From assembly GCA_043822785.1 (NCBI GenBank), contig JBDRBN010000010.1, positions 1-36,719 on the forward strand: 36,719 nucleotides of DNA. The letters run 5' to 3'. The stretch is from Pseudomonadota bacterium (lineage in GTDB: Bacteria; UBA10199; 2-02-FULL-44-16; JAAZCA01). A model generated the notes under the pieces. The model saw nothing but the letters and a program-made list of their open reading frames with translations. It was not told the origin of the DNA and ran no database searches. A program made the translations under genes and the position numbers. Positions within the stretch are counted from its first letter, which is position 1; each line of letters opens with the position of its first letter. This document shows positions 27,861-36,719 of this stretch, piece after piece.

Positions 27861-29574
27861 CAAAACCTCCGGTAGTACCGCCATTTTCGGTTTCGCGACC
27901 ATAACTATCATCCTCCTCGTCCAAAGTTATCCAACCCCCCTCCTCCTCTTCGCCATCTGTCCCATACTCGAAAGCCTCTAATTCATCGATGTCTGGAGTT
28001 GGAATATATTCATCATACCTCTCGCGCCCGATTCTCTTTTCTAGCGATGCAAGCGCCATATTGTAGTCGAAGACTGCTTTAAAATACCTACCCCTTGAGA
28101 GAAGCACGTATTTGAGAGAATCGGTGTATCGTTCTCTATCGCCAACGCCGATGTCCAAGTTGACCTTTGAAAGAAACATCATCTGATTGGCTACTGACCA
28201 TTCTTTTTTGGTGCGGGCCACATCCTGTCGGGCTTGCTTTGCATCAAGATAGGCTTTGCGTATATCTAGCGTTAAGGCACGCCGTGCTATCATGCGCTCG
28301 TAAGCTGCCTTGTGATATTCTGCAGCAGCCTTTTTTAGGCGGCCGTAGGCTCCATGAAAATCAATAGTACCCTTCACCTCTAAGCCTACACCGGCCCTTG
28401 TGAAATTAAAAGGATCGTTGAAGTCATCGGTAAGCTGCAACCCTTGCACAGCTCCTGTTGTGCGACCAACATCAACAAAAAAGCCAAACCCTGCACGAGG
28501 TAGCAACTTGTACTTTTCAAGCTTATACTGCCTTCGTTTGGTCTCCACACCTATGTCTAAAAGCTTAACCTCATGCTGATGCAGCATTCCTCCATCGACG
28601 AACTGCTCTTCCCTATCCAAGCTAGCCAGTTTAGGCTTAAGCTGGGTACTATCGAGCAAAATCTCAGTGCCGGGTTCAAGGTCAAGCTGAATTCGCATTC
28701 CATCGTAGGCAAGCTCAATGTTCTCATTTGCCCGCTCCAGCTGCCGTTCCAGCTCCAGCTTAAATGCCTTAAGCTGCAACTTGTCATACGGATCAAGGCC
28801 TAGCGGATCTTCTTCGCCTTCCTCGTCTAATTCTTTTTTTTTCTCTTCCTCTTCACTCTCCCCATTAGATTTAAGTTTATTATTTATCTTTTCAACAGCC
28901 TCTTCGAGAAGCTTGATGGTTTCCTTTGCAAACTGAATTCCATAATAGATCTGCTTGACCTGATATATCACATCGCCCTCTGCTTGCTTGCTCCTTATCG
29001 TGGCTGCTTCAACGCCTCCCTGTGCAAGTTTTTTAGCCATATGCAACTGACCAAACGTAACCAACGGCACGCCAATTCCCACATGAATGCTGTTAAAAAA
29101 CGTAACCTGTCCTTCAAAAAATTTATTAAAAGCATCATCCACATCAGTGGGAACTGGGGCCATTCTATATTTGTATTCGAGGACTGGCCAAAACTGAGCC
29201 TTTGCCTCAATGAGTTGTCCTCTTGCTGCCTCTATGTCTTTATCCGCAGCCCTAAGCTGCATATTCCGTTCAAGCGCACGATTTATGCAATCTTCCAACG
29301 TAAGCTTTAACACTCCGTGTCCTTGAGCGCCGCCAAGAAGCTCCATGGTAAATTCGTCTTTGAAATCAGGTGGTTTTTTTTCTGTAGACTCCTCAAGCGT
29401 TTCAGTTGTTGCACTTGTCTCAACTTGGGTAGTCTCTTCTCTTGCAGAAGCCTCTACTTTGGATTTTTGACGTATATGCCAGCTTTGACGAGCAATAGCT
29501 GCCTGGGCTATTAAAAGGAAAACAGCCAGCACTGCTGGAAGCATTAAGATTTTTATAAATCTTTTCCTAAACAT
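27853..29574 (-). CDS. TolC-family outer membrane efflux protein
   Basis: Signal peptide MFRKRFIKILMLPAVLAVFLLIAQAAIA; LTLEDCINRALERN, AQFWPVL, VKQIYY, IRKAYL, DYNMALASLEKRIG (two OEP repeats). Confidence 0.85.
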   Translation of the reverse strand: MFRKRFIKILMLPAVLAVFLLIAQAAIARQSWHIRQKSKVEASAREETTQVETSATTETLEESTEKKPPDFKDEFTMELLGGAQGHGVLKLTLEDCINRALERNMQLRAADKDIEAARGQLIEAKAQFWPVLEYKYRMAPVPTDVDDAFNKFFEGQVTFFNSIHVGIGVPLVTFGQLHMAKKLAQGGVEAATIRSKQAEGDVIYQVKQIYYGIQFAKETIKLLEEAVEKINNKLKSNGESEEEEKKKELDEEGEEDPLGLDPYDKLQLKAFKLELERQLERANENIELAYDGMRIQLDLEPGTEILLDSTQLKPKLASLDREEQFVDGGMLHQHEVKLLDIGVETKRRQYKLEKYKLLPRAGFGFFVDVGRTTGAVQGLQLTDDFNDPFNFTRAGVGLEVKGTIDFHGAYGRLKKAAAEYHKAAYERMIARRALTLDIRKAYLDAKQARQDVARTKKEWSVANQMMFLSKVNLDIGVGDRERYTDSLKYVLLSRGRYFKAVFDYNMALASLEKRIGRERYDEYIPTPDIDELEAFEYGTDGEEEEGGWITLDEEDDSYGRETENGGTTGGFGE

Positions 29575-29761
29575 TCCGCATTCCATATCTCGCGTTGACG
29601 GCGTTGCCGGCCTTTCTCGCACTCACGCACATAACTGCCTGATTTTAACCACATAAATACAGAGCCCCTGCGTCTAACAGAACAAAATGTTTAACGCAAT
29701 GGTTAATGGGATGACCGAAAACGTAGCATTCACAAGCAGTTAAGTGGGATAATACAGACCA

Positions 29762-31141
29762 TCAGGATCTGATGCCGCCCTCGCCGAAAACTCCTATGGG
29801 CTTTAATGGCAGGGTAAAGTGAAATTGGCTTCCCTTGCCCACCTTGCTGGAGAGCCACATGCGTCCACCGTGCAACTCGATGAGCTTTTTCGAAATTGTA
29901 AGTCCAATGCCAAGACCCTGGTGCGACCTGGTAGCGCTGCCGTCCGCCTGCACAAAACCATCGAAGATCACTTTTTGGCATTCTGGAGGAATGCCAATGC
30001 CTGTATCCTTGACTGTGACCTGAAGCATTTCTCCACACTTTTGCGCACCTATTGATATCTTACCTCTCCTGGTAAATTTTGCTGCATTGCCCAGCACATG
30101 TTTTATTACCTGCTCAAGGCGCTTCTCATCTCCATATACTCCGGGCGTATCCTCGCCCAGGTTAACCTCAAGGGTTGTGTGGCTGTTAAGGCGAACCTCT
30201 TTTGCAACATCATTTACCAATCGATCGATATTCACCTTCTGCACCTTCAAGTTGAGACGATTCACTTCGATCTTGGACAGATCCAACATTGCACTCACTG
30301 TGTCATTGAGGCGCATGCCACTCTCTTTTATAAGCCGAAGGTGTTCTGACTGCTCTTGGTTCACAGGACCGTCACCATTCTCAGATAAAATCTCTGCTAG
30401 GCCTATTATAGTTGTGAGAGGAGTGCGCAACTCATGCGACATATTTGCCAAAAGCTGGGTCTTGAGCTTTGATGTTTCCTGCAAATCTTGATTTTGTTTG
30501 ATAAGGGCTTGATATAGATTTGCATTATGAATAGTCGTTGCAAATTGAACAGCTAGTAGTTTCAGAAGATCTCTAGTTTCGCTGTCGTAGTTGCCCTTGT
30601 GCCTCTCTCCAAAATTTATAATGCCGTATAGCCTATCATTTACGAATAATGGCACACACGCCTCGGCATTAAATTGCACAAAACATCTGATGCCTTCGCT
30701 CTTCATCGATAAAAGATTTTTGTCCGAGACAAAATCTTGACGTGTGACGATTTGCCTTTTTTCTTCTAGCCAGTTCAAAAATGGCCTTACTTGCTCTACA
30801 TCAAAGCTAAAAGGCTTGAGTCCACATGAGGTTTTTATCTGAAATTTATCGCGGGAATCGCGGATTACAAGGGAGGCACCAGAGGCACACACGATCCTGC
30901 ATGCTGCAGCAAGGATGGCAGAATAGAGCTCTTGCCTGTCTGTAATCGCATTAAAGCGCTCCAGATATTCCTGAAATATGCGTCTGTAATCGTATTGATT
31001 GCGACGCAAAACAAAGCGCCGAAAAAAAGCAAACACGCTTCGCCATCTGATGATACAAAAACTCACGATGAGCAGCACACCGATTATAAATGCAGCAGTG
31101 CTGATTATAGGCAGAACTGCTGTCCAGAACTGAGCTGACAT
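29762..31141 (-). CDS. Sensor histidine kinase (N-terminal TM, GAF, HisKA, HATPase)
   Basis: H-box MSHELRTPL, N-box GNAAKFT, G1 DTGIGI, G2 GLGIGLTIS; GAF-like CVPLFVNDRLYGIINFG. Start uncertain (31141 chosen; the ORF is open to 31279). Confidence 0.9.
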   Translation of the reverse strand: MSAQFWTAVLPIISTAAFIIGVLLIVSFCIIRWRSVFAFFRRFVLRRNQYDYRRIFQEYLERFNAITDRQELYSAILAAACRIVCASGASLVIRDSRDKFQIKTSCGLKPFSFDVEQVRPFLNWLEEKRQIVTRQDFVSDKNLLSMKSEGIRCFVQFNAEACVPLFVNDRLYGIINFGERHKGNYDSETRDLLKLLAVQFATTIHNANLYQALIKQNQDLQETSKLKTQLLANMSHELRTPLTTIIGLAEILSENGDGPVNQEQSEHLRLIKESGMRLNDTVSAMLDLSKIEVNRLNLKVQKVNIDRLVNDVAKEVRLNSHTTLEVNLGEDTPGVYGDEKRLEQVIKHVLGNAAKFTRRGKISIGAQKCGEMLQVTVKDTGIGIPPECQKVIFDGFVQADGSATRSHQGLGIGLTISKKLIELHGGRMWLSSKVGKGSQFHFTLPLKPIGVFGEGGIRS

Positions 31142-31351
31142 ATGAGCTAAATTCAACTGAGCCCCCACTAAAGTTAAAATATACAGCGTCGGATGGTTCC
31201 GACGCTGTATATAATACAGAAAAATCAATAGGTTGGCAAGATGATCTTCATTATCACATGAAACATTAGAACAAACCATGTAGTATATAGCGAGATACTT
31301 ACTTGACTCAACACTGAAAGATACGCATCATATTGATCTTTATTAAATATT

Positions 31352-31410
31352 CTGGATACTGGATGCTAGATGGCAGGATCCGGCATCCGATATCTAGCAT
31401 CAAGAATCTG
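31352..31410. repeat. Degenerate heptamer-periodic inverted repeat in the divergent intergenic region
   Basis: GGATACTGGATGCTAGAT (31354-71) pairs with ATCTAGCATCAAGAATCT (31392-409); GAT/ATC recur about every 7 nt. Confidence 0.6.
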
Positions 31411-31431
31411 CATGTTTAAGGATTTTCTATC

Positions 31432-34146
31432 ATGATACCAAAACTAAAGAATTTTCGTTGTCCTCTCATCATTCCATTTGGCCTTTTGCTCTTACTTGCA
31501 ATAACTTGGTCAGCGCAAATCACTGCCAGCAGCCAAAGCTCCTATGAATCAGGAAAGCTGGTGGATCGAACGCTATCCGCTGTAGGACAGCACTATTTTG
31601 ATCCGAACAGAATCAAACCCCAAAAGATGCTAGACAAGGCTTTGGACGGTATACAAAAAAACGTTCCTGATGTGCTCATAACGAATCAATCAGACGGCCA
31701 GCTCTCAGTAACAGCCGGCCTTGCTTCGAAGCGTATCAACGCACGTTCCATGAGCCGGCTTTCAGACCTATCCCGCGTGTTAAAGGATGTGCTCGATTTC
31801 GTAATCAAGCATTACAACAGCAAAGAAGACATCAAACCTGCAGAAATCGAATATGCCGCAATTGAAGGACTACTGGAAGTGCTCGATCCTCACTCCAATT
31901 TTCTCACTCCTAAAATTTTCAGGGAATTCAAGGTAGGAACTTCGGGTAAATTCGGCGGCATAGGTATAGTGATCTCCATCAAGGACGGGATGCTCACCGT
32001 GATAGCTCCCATTGAGGGAACGCCTGCTTTTAGAGCCGGAGTTCAACCGGGCGACCGCATCGTGCAAATAGAGGATGAATCCACGATAAATATGTCGCTC
32101 ACCGATGCAGTGAACAAGCTCAGAGGCGACGTAGGCACTAAGGTGAATTTGATCATCGAACGCAGCGGGCAACCGCCCAAGAAGATCGCTCTCAAACGCG
32201 CTGTGATAAATATCGATAGCGTCCAGCATAGTGTGCTTACGGAAGATGGAAAGAGAATCGGCTACATCAAGCTCAAGAACTTTCAAGATAACACTGTCGA
32301 CGATGTACAAGCTGCCCTAGCCGAATTTCATAAGGATGGAGCAAAACTGGATGGACTCATACTGGATGTTCGCAACAATCCAGGCGGACTTCTCAATATA
32401 GCGTCTGATATAACCGATGTCTTTCTTCGCGAAGGCGTAATAGTAACTACGGTGGGCACACGAAACAGCGTCATAGACAAGAGCAGCGCTAAAGAAGCAG
32501 GCACCGAACCTGATTATCCCTTGGTCGTGCTGATAAACGAAGGGTCTGCTTCAGCTTCTGAGATCGTAGCGGGCGCGCTTGCATTAAACAACCGCGCCAT
32601 CGTAGCTGGAGCGCAATCGTTTGGAAAAGGGTCTGTTCAGACTATATTCAACCTAGGCGATGATGCAGCGCTCAAACTCACCATTGCAGAATACAAGCCC
32701 GCTGGAACTGAATCGATTCAGTTAGTAGGTATCACGCCAGATATTGATCTCATACCCGCCATCGTGGATGCTGATGAGATGAACATCTTAAAGGATAAAC
32801 CTACTAGCGAGCTAGATCTTGAAATGGAATTTGATAAAAAGAGCAAAATGGATAGGAAGGCTGTTGAATCACTGCTCAGAGTTCAATACCTTAAGCCCAA
32901 GCAGGATGAAATAGCGCGCGAAGAGAAATCCAGCAAGATATATTTGAAAAAAGCAGATATTAATGGCGATTTCCCCGCAGAGTTTGCGCGCATGCTAATT
33001 GCCAAAGCAGGCAGTAAAACCAGAAAAGAAATGCTGGCTAAAAGTAAAAAGATCGTTGATGCAGCACAGGCTAAGCAGCGAGAGGCTATAGACAAAGCGC
33101 TCTCTAGCCTGAGCATTGACTGGAGCAAGGCACCTGCCTCTGGCAAGCCAAAACTTGCTCTCTCTTACTTTCTAACAAAAGGAGGCAAAATAATCTCGCA
33201 CGCAAGTGCAGGCGATAAGGTGCGACTTGAGCTGGTTGCCACAAACAAAGGCACAGGTCCTTATTCTCAACTGATAGGCATAAGCGAATCAGAAATCCAA
33301 TCGCTTAACGAACGTGAATTTCCGTTTGGGAGGATCGAGCCCGGCAAGTCGCGCAAATTCAGCACGCCGCTCGAAATAGCAGCAAGCGCACCCACTCAAG
33401 ATCTCACAATGGAAGTCACTTTTCAGGAAGCAGGTAACATAATCCCAGAACCAGTGAAAATTGTCGTACCTGTCCAGGAGATTCCACATCCATCGTTCTC
33501 ATTCATGACCACGCTGCCAGAACAAGCCAAGGGAAAATCGTTTTCCGTAAATGGCACATCCATTCCTTTGACTATCGATATAATAAATACCGGCAAGGGT
33601 CCAAGTGACGACGAAACGATCGCTACAATATCCAATGAGTGCGGTGAGAAGTTCTTCATCGAAAAAGGTCGCGCCAATCTGGGATCGATCCCACCAAAAG
33701 GCAGCCGAAAAGCGCAGTTTAAGTTCCACATAACAGGAAAGCCTGAGGAGGAATGCTCTATTCAACTTATAATTGCAGACCTCGCACATCGTAAAATTCT
33801 CACAAAGAAAATAAATTTGTTGCTCCAAGATGGTAGCCTCAAGCCTGCGCCGGGCAAAGTGTACGGTCCTCCGGAAATTGAGGTCGCGTCATTTCCAAAA
33901 ACCACTTCAGAACCATCCATAGTTCTATCCGGTACGATCCACGATAAAGATCGGATACAGGATTTTTATCTATTTTCGGGCGAGCGCAAAATCGCTTATA
34001 TCCCCAATGCAGACGACGTTTCATCCATGCCATTCTCTGTGCGCATACCCTTAGAAGAAGGTCAAAATCAAATCAATATCGGCGCCAGGGATGTAGAGAA
34101 TATAACTGGTCAAAAGCTTCTGATAATAGAACGCAGCAAAAAATGA
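31432..34146 (+). CDS. S41A carboxyl-terminal processing protease with PDZ domain and long C-terminal beta-rich extension
   Basis: Signal-peptide-like N-terminus; LDPHS, FGGIGI, PIEGTPA, LDVRNNPGGLL, SASASEIVAGAL, FGKGSVQ, GITPDI; about 400 extra C-terminal residues. Confidence 0.92.
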   Translation: MIPKLKNFRCPLIIPFGLLLLLAITWSAQITASSQSSYESGKLVDRTLSAVGQHYFDPNRIKPQKMLDKALDGIQKNVPDVLITNQSDGQLSVTAGLASKRINARSMSRLSDLSRVLKDVLDFVIKHYNSKEDIKPAEIEYAAIEGLLEVLDPHSNFLTPKIFREFKVGTSGKFGGIGIVISIKDGMLTVIAPIEGTPAFRAGVQPGDRIVQIEDESTINMSLTDAVNKLRGDVGTKVNLIIERSGQPPKKIALKRAVINIDSVQHSVLTEDGKRIGYIKLKNFQDNTVDDVQAALAEFHKDGAKLDGLILDVRNNPGGLLNIASDITDVFLREGVIVTTVGTRNSVIDKSSAKEAGTEPDYPLVVLINEGSASASEIVAGALALNNRAIVAGAQSFGKGSVQTIFNLGDDAALKLTIAEYKPAGTESIQLVGITPDIDLIPAIVDADEMNILKDKPTSELDLEMEFDKKSKMDRKAVESLLRVQYLKPKQDEIAREEKSSKIYLKKADINGDFPAEFARMLIAKAGSKTRKEMLAKSKKIVDAAQAKQREAIDKALSSLSIDWSKAPASGKPKLALSYFLTKGGKIISHASAGDKVRLELVATNKGTGPYSQLIGISESEIQSLNEREFPFGRIEPGKSRKFSTPLEIAASAPTQDLTMEVTFQEAGNIIPEPVKIVVPVQEIPHPSFSFMTTLPEQAKGKSFSVNGTSIPLTIDIINTGKGPSDDETIATISNECGEKFFIEKGRANLGSIPPKGSRKAQFKFHITGKPEEECSIQLIIADLAHRKILTKKINLLLQDGSLKPAPGKVYGPPEIEVASFPKTTSEPSIVLSGTIHDKDRIQDFYLFSGERKIAYIPNADDVSSMPFSVRIPLEEGQNQINIGARDVENITGQKLLIIERSKK

Positions 34147-35084
34147 AACGCATAGAAGGATCACATCTCTTTCCAAAAGATGTTCCTATGCCCGCCTTAG
34201 CTCTCGGCAACTTCGACGGCGTACACCTTGGTCATCAGAAGCTCATAAGGAAGATCAAGGACGAAGCCAAGGCCACTGCCGGAACGTCTGTGGTATATAC
34301 CTTTGATCCGCATCCAGTGAGCGTGCTTTCGCCATCCCAATGCCCCAAGCTTATAAATACGCTCGAACAGAAGTTAAGTAACCTCGAAGCGTCGGGCGTG
34401 AATATAACGGTAGTAGAAAAGTTTACACATGAGTTCTCACGACAGGAACCCAAGACTTTCTTCAAAAACATCATAATAGATCGAATGCATCCTCGCACCA
34501 TAATTGTCGGCTATGATTATACTTTTGGACTGCACAGGCATGGAACCATCGAAACCCTCGAGAAGCTAGGCAAGAAAAACGATATCCGCGTAATCATAGT
34601 GCCTGCAGCATTTTCGGATGAAACCCTCATCAGCTCTACTGTGATACGCAGGATGATTGTCGAAGGAAGCGTAGAACAGGCTGCTACCCTTTTGGGCCGC
34701 CCTTATGAGATCGCTGGAAAGGTCGTGGCAGGACTTGGAATAGGCAGAACTCTTGCAGCCCGAACTGCCAACATCATCTCCGAAAATGAAATCATGCCCT
34801 CAGATGGCGTCTACATCACGATGACTGCAATAGAGGATGAAATTTTATTTCCATCGATCACGAACATCGGAGACAACCCTACCATTCCAGAATCTTCTTA
34901 CTCAATAGAGACGCATATCATCGACAAAGATTTGGACATCCTCGGCAAAAACATTACTGTTTCATTTCTCACACGCATGCGCGAGGAGCTGCGATTTGCC
35001 ACATTAGATGAACTCAAGGCCCAGATAGCTCGTGATATAGATGAGGCAAGAGAATACCACCGCCAGCAAGGCGAGAAACGTTAA
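34143..35084 (+). CDS. ribF: Bifunctional riboflavin kinase / FAD synthetase
   Basis: GNFDGVHLGH, TFDPHP, VGYDYTFG, ISSTVIR, LLGRPY, TAN, GVY, ETHI, LKAQIARD; ATGA overlap with the upstream gene. Confidence 0.95.
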   Translation: MKRIEGSHLFPKDVPMPALALGNFDGVHLGHQKLIRKIKDEAKATAGTSVVYTFDPHPVSVLSPSQCPKLINTLEQKLSNLEASGVNITVVEKFTHEFSRQEPKTFFKNIIIDRMHPRTIIVGYDYTFGLHRHGTIETLEKLGKKNDIRVIIVPAAFSDETLISSTVIRRMIVEGSVEQAATLLGRPYEIAGKVVAGLGIGRTLAARTANIISENEIMPSDGVYITMTAIEDEILFPSITNIGDNPTIPESSYSIETHIIDKDLDILGKNITVSFLTRMREELRFATLDELKAQIARDIDEAREYHRQQGEKR

Positions 35085-35117
35085 AAACTTAATCTGGCAA
35101 CACGGAGTAAATAAGCT

Positions 35118-35843
35118 ATGAAAAAAAGAAGTGCTGAAAAATTTATTAATGCTCTGATTTTCGGAACACTGTGTGAAGGATCACCCAAGGTTGATAAGTG
35201 GATGAGCAAAAAGCTCGCGTCCAAAGTCTGCGATGCAGTATTGCTCCCCTTCCAAGTCGACAGGCAACATCTCAAAAATGTTCTCATATGCATGCGCCTC
35301 ATGGATGTCATAGGGCTTACAGTAGAGGGTAGTCTAAGGCAGGACATCGCGAAATACCTGCCTGAGCTCGATGACTCAGCTAAGAGAGCAAACAGCGTGG
35401 ACACAATAATAAAGAGCAGAAAAAGTTTTAAAGGCTACAGCAGCATAGGACTTGCCTGCCTTAAATGGCTTGATGAAGAAGGAATAAAAAGTATTTCGAA
35501 CGCTGTGATTGCAGGCAAAAGTGATTTCATAAACCCTGTAGCAGGAGCACTTCTTGCTAAAGGAGCAAAACTCAGGCGCATCAGAAGCACTTCACGCATC
35601 GCAACTTCAACCAAAGAACAAGCTCCAACAATAGCTGTGATAGGAAACCTGGATGCAGCTTTAACAAAGAAACTTTTTTCGGTTATCAAAAATTCGTGGG
35701 ATAAACCTATAATAATAGATCTGCGCGATTCACCTCTGGTAAAGAGAAAGGGGGTTCGCGCGCCTTGCATGACAATGCAGGATCTTATTAAAAAATCGCG
35801 TGAAATTAGCGTCGAACTTTTGACGTGCTCCATAAAATACTAA
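35118..35843 (+). CDS. Hypothetical protein, possible Rossmann-like alpha/beta domain
   Basis: 241 aa ORF with GGAG upstream, co-oriented with ribF; beta-strand-like AVIAG, IAVIG, IIIDL. Confidence 0.65.
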   Translation: MKKRSAEKFINALIFGTLCEGSPKVDKWMSKKLASKVCDAVLLPFQVDRQHLKNVLICMRLMDVIGLTVEGSLRQDIAKYLPELDDSAKRANSVDTIIKSRKSFKGYSSIGLACLKWLDEEGIKSISNAVIAGKSDFINPVAGALLAKGAKLRRIRSTSRIATSTKEQAPTIAVIGNLDAALTKKLFSVIKNSWDKPIIIDLRDSPLVKRKGVRAPCMTMQDLIKKSREISVELLTCSIKY

Positions 35844-35992
35844 CCAGCTGTTATTATTCAGCATTTTCTTTTCCTGCGCGCAAAGGCCATTATAAGTCCG
35901 TCAGAAAATACCCAACAAAAGAAACTTAGTCATCGAGGAATGCATTTATTTCAATTTATCAAGGGGTTATATCAAGCTCATTCAGCAACCCT

Positions 35993-36007
35993 TGGCATGG
36001 AAATTGT
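35993..36007 (+). promoter_or_regulatory. Possible sigma54 (-24/-12) promoter
   Basis: TGGCATG-GAAA-TTGT vs consensus TGGCACG-N4-TTGC. Spacing is correct but -12 is GT rather than GC; a TATAAT overlaps at 36007-36012. Confidence 0.35.
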
Positions 36008-36033
36008 ATAATATCTCATTAGAGGAGTGAGAT

Positions 36034-36498
36034 ATGGCCCATACAACAGGAAAATCAACCTTCGATGTTATGGTCGTTGAGGATGACAACACATATCTAT
36101 CATTCTGGAAACGCTTTCTCAACGATATGGGTATCACTAACTACACGTTGATCACTAATCCCTACAAGGCTAAAGACCTACTAATAAAGGGAGGGTGCCG
36201 CCTACTCATAAGCGATATCAACTTACCTGACATAAATGGCTACGAGCTCGCAAAGGTCGCACATGAACATTCGGTGGATTGTGAAGTCATTCTAACGACG
36301 GCATACTTGGCCAATCTCTCACGGTTCGATATTGGAACCTGTTCCTTTCACCTTCTTTATAAGCCATTTTCCAACCTCGAAGAACTTGCAAAGCTTATAA
36401 AGCTTCTTACCGGAGGCGATGTTTCGATGGAAGATATGTCTGAAGATTCCTTCTCTGAGAATGAAGATTTTCCGATGGTGACTGAGTGGAAACTCTGA
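36034..36498 (+). CDS. Single-domain response regulator (receiver) with acidic C-terminal tail
   Basis: VMVVEDD, LLISDINLPDINGYEL (phospho-Asp), LTTAY, YKPF; GAGGAG SD. Confidence 0.9.
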   Translation: MAHTTGKSTFDVMVVEDDNTYLSFWKRFLNDMGITNYTLITNPYKAKDLLIKGGCRLLISDINLPDINGYELAKVAHEHSVDCEVILTTAYLANLSRFDIGTCSFHLLYKPFSNLEELAKLIKLLTGGDVSMEDMSEDSFSENEDFPMVTEWKL

Positions 36499-36504
36499 CC
36501 TGCT

Positions 36505-36534
36505 AATTTCGAAATCCGAATTTCGAAATCCGAA
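36505..36534. repeat. Tandem 14-mer (AATTTCGAAATCCG x2), heptamer-based
   Basis: Exact copies at 36505-36518 and 36519-36532. Confidence 0.7.
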
Positions 36535-36593
36535 GGAATTCCTAATATTAAATTCTCACTGCTGTCGCGTTAGAAGTGCTTGATTTGTGTGGA

Positions 36594-36706
36594 TGTCATT
36601 GCGAGCGAAGCCATGTACCGTATGGTACATGGCGAAGCGAAGCAATCCCCTTATAACCTGTCTTTGCAGGAGATTGCTTCGTCGCTAAACGCTCCTCGCA
36701 ATGACA
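36594..36706. repeat. GTCATTGCGAG...CTCGCAATGAC-type palindromic (REP-like) repeat, copy 2
   Basis: Perfect 12 bp terminal inverted repeat TGTCATTGCGAG/CTCGCAATGACA; inner GAAGCAATC/GATTGCTTC stem. Confidence 0.88.
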
Positions 36707-36719
36707 CCTCGACATGAGA

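Noticed and set aside
812..35833. Numerous 60-170 aa ORFs antisense to or overlapping the long genes
   Set aside because: Shadow ORFs with no recognisable motifs, lying over well-supported CDSs.
1..36719. CRISPR array, tRNA/rRNA, integrase or transposase
   Set aside because: No regularly spaced repeat-spacer series, RNA-gene signatures or mobility motifs seen; I cannot show that the left cluster is a mobile island.

Overview
Bacterial chromosomal window; the gene content (long S41 protease, TolC/MlaC pair, CGTC-type repeats) is compatible with a deltaproteobacterial-like lineage, which is inference only. The right part (~21.6-36.7 kb) is mostly housekeeping. On the minus strand it carries a histidine kinase, TolC, MlaC-like protein, alkaline-phosphatase-superfamily enzyme, ahcY, acyl-CoA dehydrogenase and deoxynucleoside kinase. 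On the plus strand it carries an S41 protease, ribF, a hypothetical protein and a single-domain response regulator. The left ~21.4 kb is the unusual part and has four components. (i) Three paralogous ~1050-1220 aa polytopic membrane proteins of no family I recognise; the third is split by one in-frame TAA. Each is preceded by the same AACAGGC-loop-GCCTGTTTTTT terminator-like hairpin, and two share a conserved TTGACA promoter with a structured leader. (ii) Two GlpT/UhpT-type organophosphate:Pi antiporters. (iii) A stand-alone sucrose-phosphate/mannosylfructose-phosphate-synthase-like GT4. (iv) A convergent 1667 aa fusion of type I phosphomannose isomerase, a related GT4 and mannose-1-phosphate guanylyltransferase, behind a ~110 aa disordered leader. 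Together these suggest a possibly undescribed system that makes and moves a mannosylated sugar-phosphate and may be partly exported. All protein assignments come from motifs read by eye; no searches were run.
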